Source of the DNA: Blochmannia endosymbiont of Camponotus nipponensis
Lineage (GTDB): Bacteria > Pseudomonadota > Gammaproteobacteria > Enterobacterales > Enterobacteriaceae
Assembly: GCF_009827135.1 (NCBI RefSeq)
Contig: NZ_CP046534.1
Location: 756,523-788,522, forward strand
Direction of reading: 5' to 3'
DNA: 32,000 nt
Position numbers and translations under genes: made by a program. The notes below the pieces were generated by a model, which was not told the origin of the DNA, ran no database searches, and worked only from the letters and a program-made list of their open reading frames with translations. This document shows, piece by piece, positions 28,644-32,000 of the stretch. How positions within the stretch are numbered: the stretch's first letter is position 1; each line of letters begins with the position of its first letter.

Positions 28644-29429
28644 CTACAAATGTATCAGACGCTTTTGAGCTTGCTTTGCTGCTTCGCTATTAGGATATAA
28701 TTTACCTACTTGTCTATATATTGTTTTAGCTTTCTCTTTTTGCTCCGTTTCTTGCATGATAATACCTATTTTTAATAACGCGTCCGATGCTTTTGAAGAC
28801 TTCGGATAATTCTTTACGACTACAGCAAAATGATGAGAAGCACTATCTTTGTTACCTTTATTATAATAAAGTTGCCCTAACCAATAATGGGCATTGGCTT
28901 GATAAATTGATTCTGGATAATTTTTTATAAAATTGTGAAAAGCCTCTATTGCCTGATTATATTTTTTTTTCTCTAATACTAATGATACTGCTTTTTTATA
29001 AGCAGTATCCACATCAACTATTATCATGTTATTAATTTTTTGGTTTTTTTGGATATTTGAGTCAACGGATAATCTATCAGGAATATTACTAGAAAAACGT
29101 ATACTATCGTGTTGATTTGAAGAATTATTAATGTTTTGAACAGATTCCTTTTGATTCCTTATTATTTCTGATACCTGATGTTGTATATCTTGAATATGTC
29201 CACGTAAAACATCAATATCTCGTTGATTTTCTACTAATTGTTGCTGTATTTGAATCAAACATTGGCTGTGCGCATCGTATATTTGATGTAATTGATTAAT
29301 ACGTTGGCTGCTATCAATATTCTGATTTATACTTTTAGCATATACGATATTATTATTTGTAACATTAGAGGATTTAATCATCATTATGCTGATTAAGTAT
29401 AACTTAAAAAAAAATGATATTAATTTCAT
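28644..29429 (-). CDS. cpoB: Cell-division coordinator CpoB (YbgF), a Tol-Pal-associated TPR protein
   Basis: The 261-aa product has a signal peptide, a Q/N-rich coiled-coil region and a C-terminal TPR region (YQANAHYWLGQLYY, NYPKSSKASDALLKIG, YPNSEAAKQAQKRL). It lies downstream of pal, as in E. coli. Confidence 0.9.
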   Translation of the reverse strand: MKLISFFFKLYLISIMMIKSSNVTNNNIVYAKSINQNIDSSQRINQLHQIYDAHSQCLIQIQQQLVENQRDIDVLRGHIQDIQHQVSEIIRNQKESVQNINNSSNQHDSIRFSSNIPDRLSVDSNIQKNQKINNMIIVDVDTAYKKAVSLVLEKKKYNQAIEAFHNFIKNYPESIYQANAHYWLGQLYYNKGNKDSASHHFAVVVKNYPKSSKASDALLKIGIIMQETEQKEKAKTIYRQVGKLYPNSEAAKQAQKRLIHL

Positions 29430-29440
29430 TATGTGAACAT

Positions 29441-29950
29441 TTATTTATATATTAGTATAACACGTCTATTTTTAGAATAAGCTTCTTCATTATGTCCTAA
29501 CACAGCTGGTTTTTCTTTACCATAAGAAACAATCAACATTTGTTCAGATAATACACCCTTACTTTGGAGATATAATTTTACAGATCTGGCCCGACGCTCA
29601 CCTAATGCAATATTATATTCTGAAGTACCACGTTCATCTGCATGACCCTCAATTCTAATACAATATGACGGATTATTATACAAAAAATTAGCATGGATAT
29701 TTAATATATAAAAAAACTGAGAAGGAATATCATATTTATCTAAAGGAAAGTAAATAATATTGCTAGATTTTAATTCTTGTTTATTTAACTGTATTTGTTT
29801 ATGAAATACTTTATTATTTTGTGTGTTAATGTGTGAAAAACGATCTAATTTGATATCCTTTTGATCATGAGTAATAGTAGAACATGCAGTTATTGCTGCG
29901 TTCACACTAACTATAAATACTAATTTTTGAAAAAAATTACTTAATTTCAT
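29441..29950 (-). CDS. pal: Peptidoglycan-associated lipoprotein Pal
   Basis: The lipobox is ITAC. The OmpA-like domain ([58 protein letters not shown]) is very close to E. coli Pal. The ATG at 29950 ([10 protein letters not shown]...) gives a normal-length signal peptide. The ORF-track start at 29971 adds 7 residues. Confidence 0.94.
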   Translation of the reverse strand: MKLSNFFQKLVFIVSVNAAITACSTITHDQKDIKLDRFSHINTQNNKVFHKQIQLNKQELKSSNIIYFPLDKYDIPSQFFYILNIHANFLYNNPSYCIRIEGHADERGTSEYNIALGERRARSVKLYLQSKGVLSEQMLIVSYGKEKPAVLGHNEEAYSKNRRVILIYK

Positions 29951-30007
29951 TGTATCTCTATTATCCATCATTTTTTATTTTGATTGCAACGAATATAATT
30001 ATGTATT

Positions 30008-31387
30008 TTATTCTGAACATAATGTAGACCAAGTTGGAAACCTTATCTCTCCTTTCCCCCCTTTTATATGAGCCTTAAACCGCCCATCAACGGAAATTAA
30101 TTCTAAATTAAATGTTGTCGTCGTTGTTAAATCTTTAATACTGCTATATATCACCATAGTATTGTTAGGAGCAATACTAGGAGAGTCGGCTAATACTACA
30201 TCTGTCAATATTTCCTCTTGCCCGGTAAATAAATTTAATCTAGAAATATTTTGTTTTCCTTGATGTCTATTTACCATCATTATAAATGCTCCATCTGCAC
30301 TAACATTTGGATTTTGATTACTAGTATGTAACCAAGATAATCTTTGAACATCAGTAGTATTAATATTAATTTTGTATATTTGTGGTCTACCTCCTTGATC
30401 AGAGGTATAAGCTATATGTTGATTATCTGGAAACCAACTAGGCTCAGTATTATTGTTTCTATTATTGGTTAATTGTTTAATTTCTCCAGACTCTAAATCC
30501 ATAATGTATAAATTTAAACTACCTGTTTTGGATAAAGCAAAAGCTAATTTTTTACAATCAGGAGAAAAAGCAGGCGCACCGTTATGATTTGGAAAATTAA
30601 CAATATTATTAATGACACCGGTACTTAATGTTTGAATAACAAGCTCCGAATGGCCAGAGTCAAAAGTGACATAAGCAATTTTTTTTCCATCCGGCGACCA
30701 AGCTGGAGACATTAATGGCTCTGTTGATCGGCAAACTGAGATTTGATTATATCCATCGTAATCAGAAATATATAACTCATAAGGATATTTATCATCATTA
30801 CCACGTAACACATAAGCAATACGTGTAGAAAATACACCTTTTATACCGGTCAACTTTTCAAAAATTTCATTACTTATGGTATGAGCTACATAACGTAACC
30901 ATTTTTTTTCTATTGAATATTGATTTTCTAAAATTACTAATGCAGGATTTTTAGAAGTATCTATTAAATGATACGAAATAATATAACTCTCGTCACAGTT
31001 TACATGTATCGTTCCTAATACAATAATATTAACACCTAATTTTTCCCAAAAAGTTGGAATTACATCAGATACTTTAGTAGGTTTATGTGGTAAATATTCT
31101 ACAGGTACAGTGTTGAATTTACTGCTATTGCGTAAATCAGAAGCTATTATTGATGCGATATCTTCAGCTGGTATTAATTTATGGTTGTTATGTTGATTAT
31201 CCACGCATACAAAAGGCACTACAGCAATAGGATGTGCGGTATTTACTCCACATGTAATTTCAATATGCATATCTGCAAGTAGTGAAAGTGTCCATAAATA
31301 TAAATTAAGCAATATTAATACAATTAATAATTGTATTTTATTTAACCAATTTGGTAATTTATTAGTTTTTTTAATTATTAAATACAT
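30008..31387 (-). CDS. tolB: Tol-Pal system periplasmic beta-propeller protein TolB
   Basis: The 459-aa product is collinear with E. coli TolB ([90 protein letters not shown]). The N-terminal n-region is about 20 residues longer than in E. coli. Confidence 0.95.
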   Translation of the reverse strand: MYLIIKKTNKLPNWLNKIQLLIVLILLNLYLWTLSLLADMHIEITCGVNTAHPIAVVPFVCVDNQHNNHKLIPAEDIASIIASDLRNSSKFNTVPVEYLPHKPTKVSDVIPTFWEKLGVNIIVLGTIHVNCDESYIISYHLIDTSKNPALVILENQYSIEKKWLRYVAHTISNEIFEKLTGIKGVFSTRIAYVLRGNDDKYPYELYISDYDGYNQISVCRSTEPLMSPAWSPDGKKIAYVTFDSGHSELVIQTLSTGVINNIVNFPNHNGAPAFSPDCKKLAFALSKTGSLNLYIMDLESGEIKQLTNNRNNNTEPSWFPDNQHIAYTSDQGGRPQIYKININTTDVQRLSWLHTSNQNPNVSADGAFIMMVNRHQGKQNISRLNLFTGQEEILTDVVLADSPSIAPNNTMVIYSSIKDLTTTTTFNLELISVDGRFKAHIKGGKGEIRFPTWSTLCSE

Positions 31388-31463
31388 TGAAGAACATTGT
31401 AATGAAAAAAATTATTTAATAACTCAAATATATTCTTATTTTATAAATCTGTAAATATTTTGT

Positions 31464-32000
31464 TTATTGAGGAGAAAAATTTAATGTTGTGTTTTTAAAA
31501 ATTTTATAAATATCTGCATTAGGTGGTATAGGAATTTGTGCGAGTTTAGCAGCAATTATTGCTGCTTGACATAACGCTATATCTCCAGATATAGCGGATA
31601 CCGACAGTAATGTACCATCAGGTGCTAATTCAATGTTCAAATTACATTGTTTACCGACATAATGAGAAGCATTATAAAATTTTTTTTGGATCGCTTCAGC
31701 AAGCAGGTGTTTATATACGTTAACGTCATTATTTTCAATCACGTTGTTTGAGATGCCATGATTGTAATCATTATTTTTTTTTATTGTAAAATTTGACTTA
31801 AAATATTTATTATTTTCTATGGAATTTTGTTTATTAATTAATGTATTCAATACATTGGTTAATGTATTATCATCATGAGAAATATAATGTAACTCATTAT
31901 ATATTGGTATATTTTTTTCTACAACATTCTGATGTTGTTTCTTTTTAGAAGCATTAGAGATCACCGTTTGTTTTCCCAATGGACGCTGTGTGTCTGCTAT
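31464..32000 (-). CDS. tolA: Tol-Pal system protein TolA, C-terminal part; the 5' end lies beyond the window
   Basis: The C-terminal domain LNIELAPDGTLLSVSAISGDIALCQAAIIAAKLAQIPIPPNADIYKIFKNTTLNFSP matches E. coli TolA domain III. The frame is open to position 32000, and the ORF-track start at 31979 is an internal TTG. Confidence 0.88.
   Translation of the reverse strand: MADTQRPLGKQTVISNASKKKQHQNVVEKNIPIYNELHYISHDDNTLTNVLNTLINKQNSIENNKYFKSNFTIKKNNDYNHGISNNVIENNDVNVYKHLLAEAIQKKFYNASHYVGKQCNLNIELAPDGTLLSVSAISGDIALCQAAIIAAKLAQIPIPPNADIYKIFKNTTLNFSPQ

Noticed and set aside
1-32000. Scan for mobile elements, CRISPR arrays, phage, defence or toxin-antitoxin genes, rRNA, or known sRNAs (rnpB, ffs, ssrA signatures)
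   Set aside because: None was found. Every ORF over 60 aa is either a recognisable housekeeping orthologue or a shadow or chance ORF. The two long palindromes have unrelated sequences and no flanking direct repeats, so they do not look like MITEs or IS ends.

Overview
Very AT-rich DNA (by eye about three quarters A+T, not computed) carrying housekeeping genes. It looks like a reduced-genome Enterobacterales-type insect endosymbiont of the Blochmannia/Wigglesworthia kind; the taxon cannot be assigned from this window. I recognise 28 protein genes and 1 tRNA, all orthologues of E. coli core genes and mostly in E. coli local order. The blocks are: tRNA-Val(GAC) and lpp; sufABCDSE (minus strand); lplA; thrS-infC-rpmI-rplT-pheS-pheT (minus); prfA-prmC-kdsA (minus); ispE-prs-pth-ychF (plus); ybhL, gpmA, pgl; and tolA(partial)-tolB-pal-cpoB (minus). 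I see no mobile elements, CRISPR, phage, toxin/defence or secondary-metabolite genes, and no convincing novel multi-gene system. By my coordinates about 6.8 kb (21%) is non-coding, concentrated in a few long spacers. The points worth a second look are these. (1) Two very long perfect palindromes (82 bp and 103 bp) sit at two of the three convergent gene junctions, each wrapping a bidirectional intrinsic terminator. (2) infC keeps the non-canonical in-frame ATT start that the ORF track missed. (3) Several spacers sit where E. coli has genes, and two of them carry weak, frame-broken similarity to lolB (upstream of ispE) and ihfA (downstream of pheT). The lolB case matters because the lipoproteins Lpp and Pal are intact in the same window. 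(4) A10-A11 runs occur inside four suf genes and ychF. (5) There are a few substitutions or truncations at normally conserved positions in Pth, RF1 and GpmA. Several ORF-track starts are artificial 5' extensions and are corrected below.
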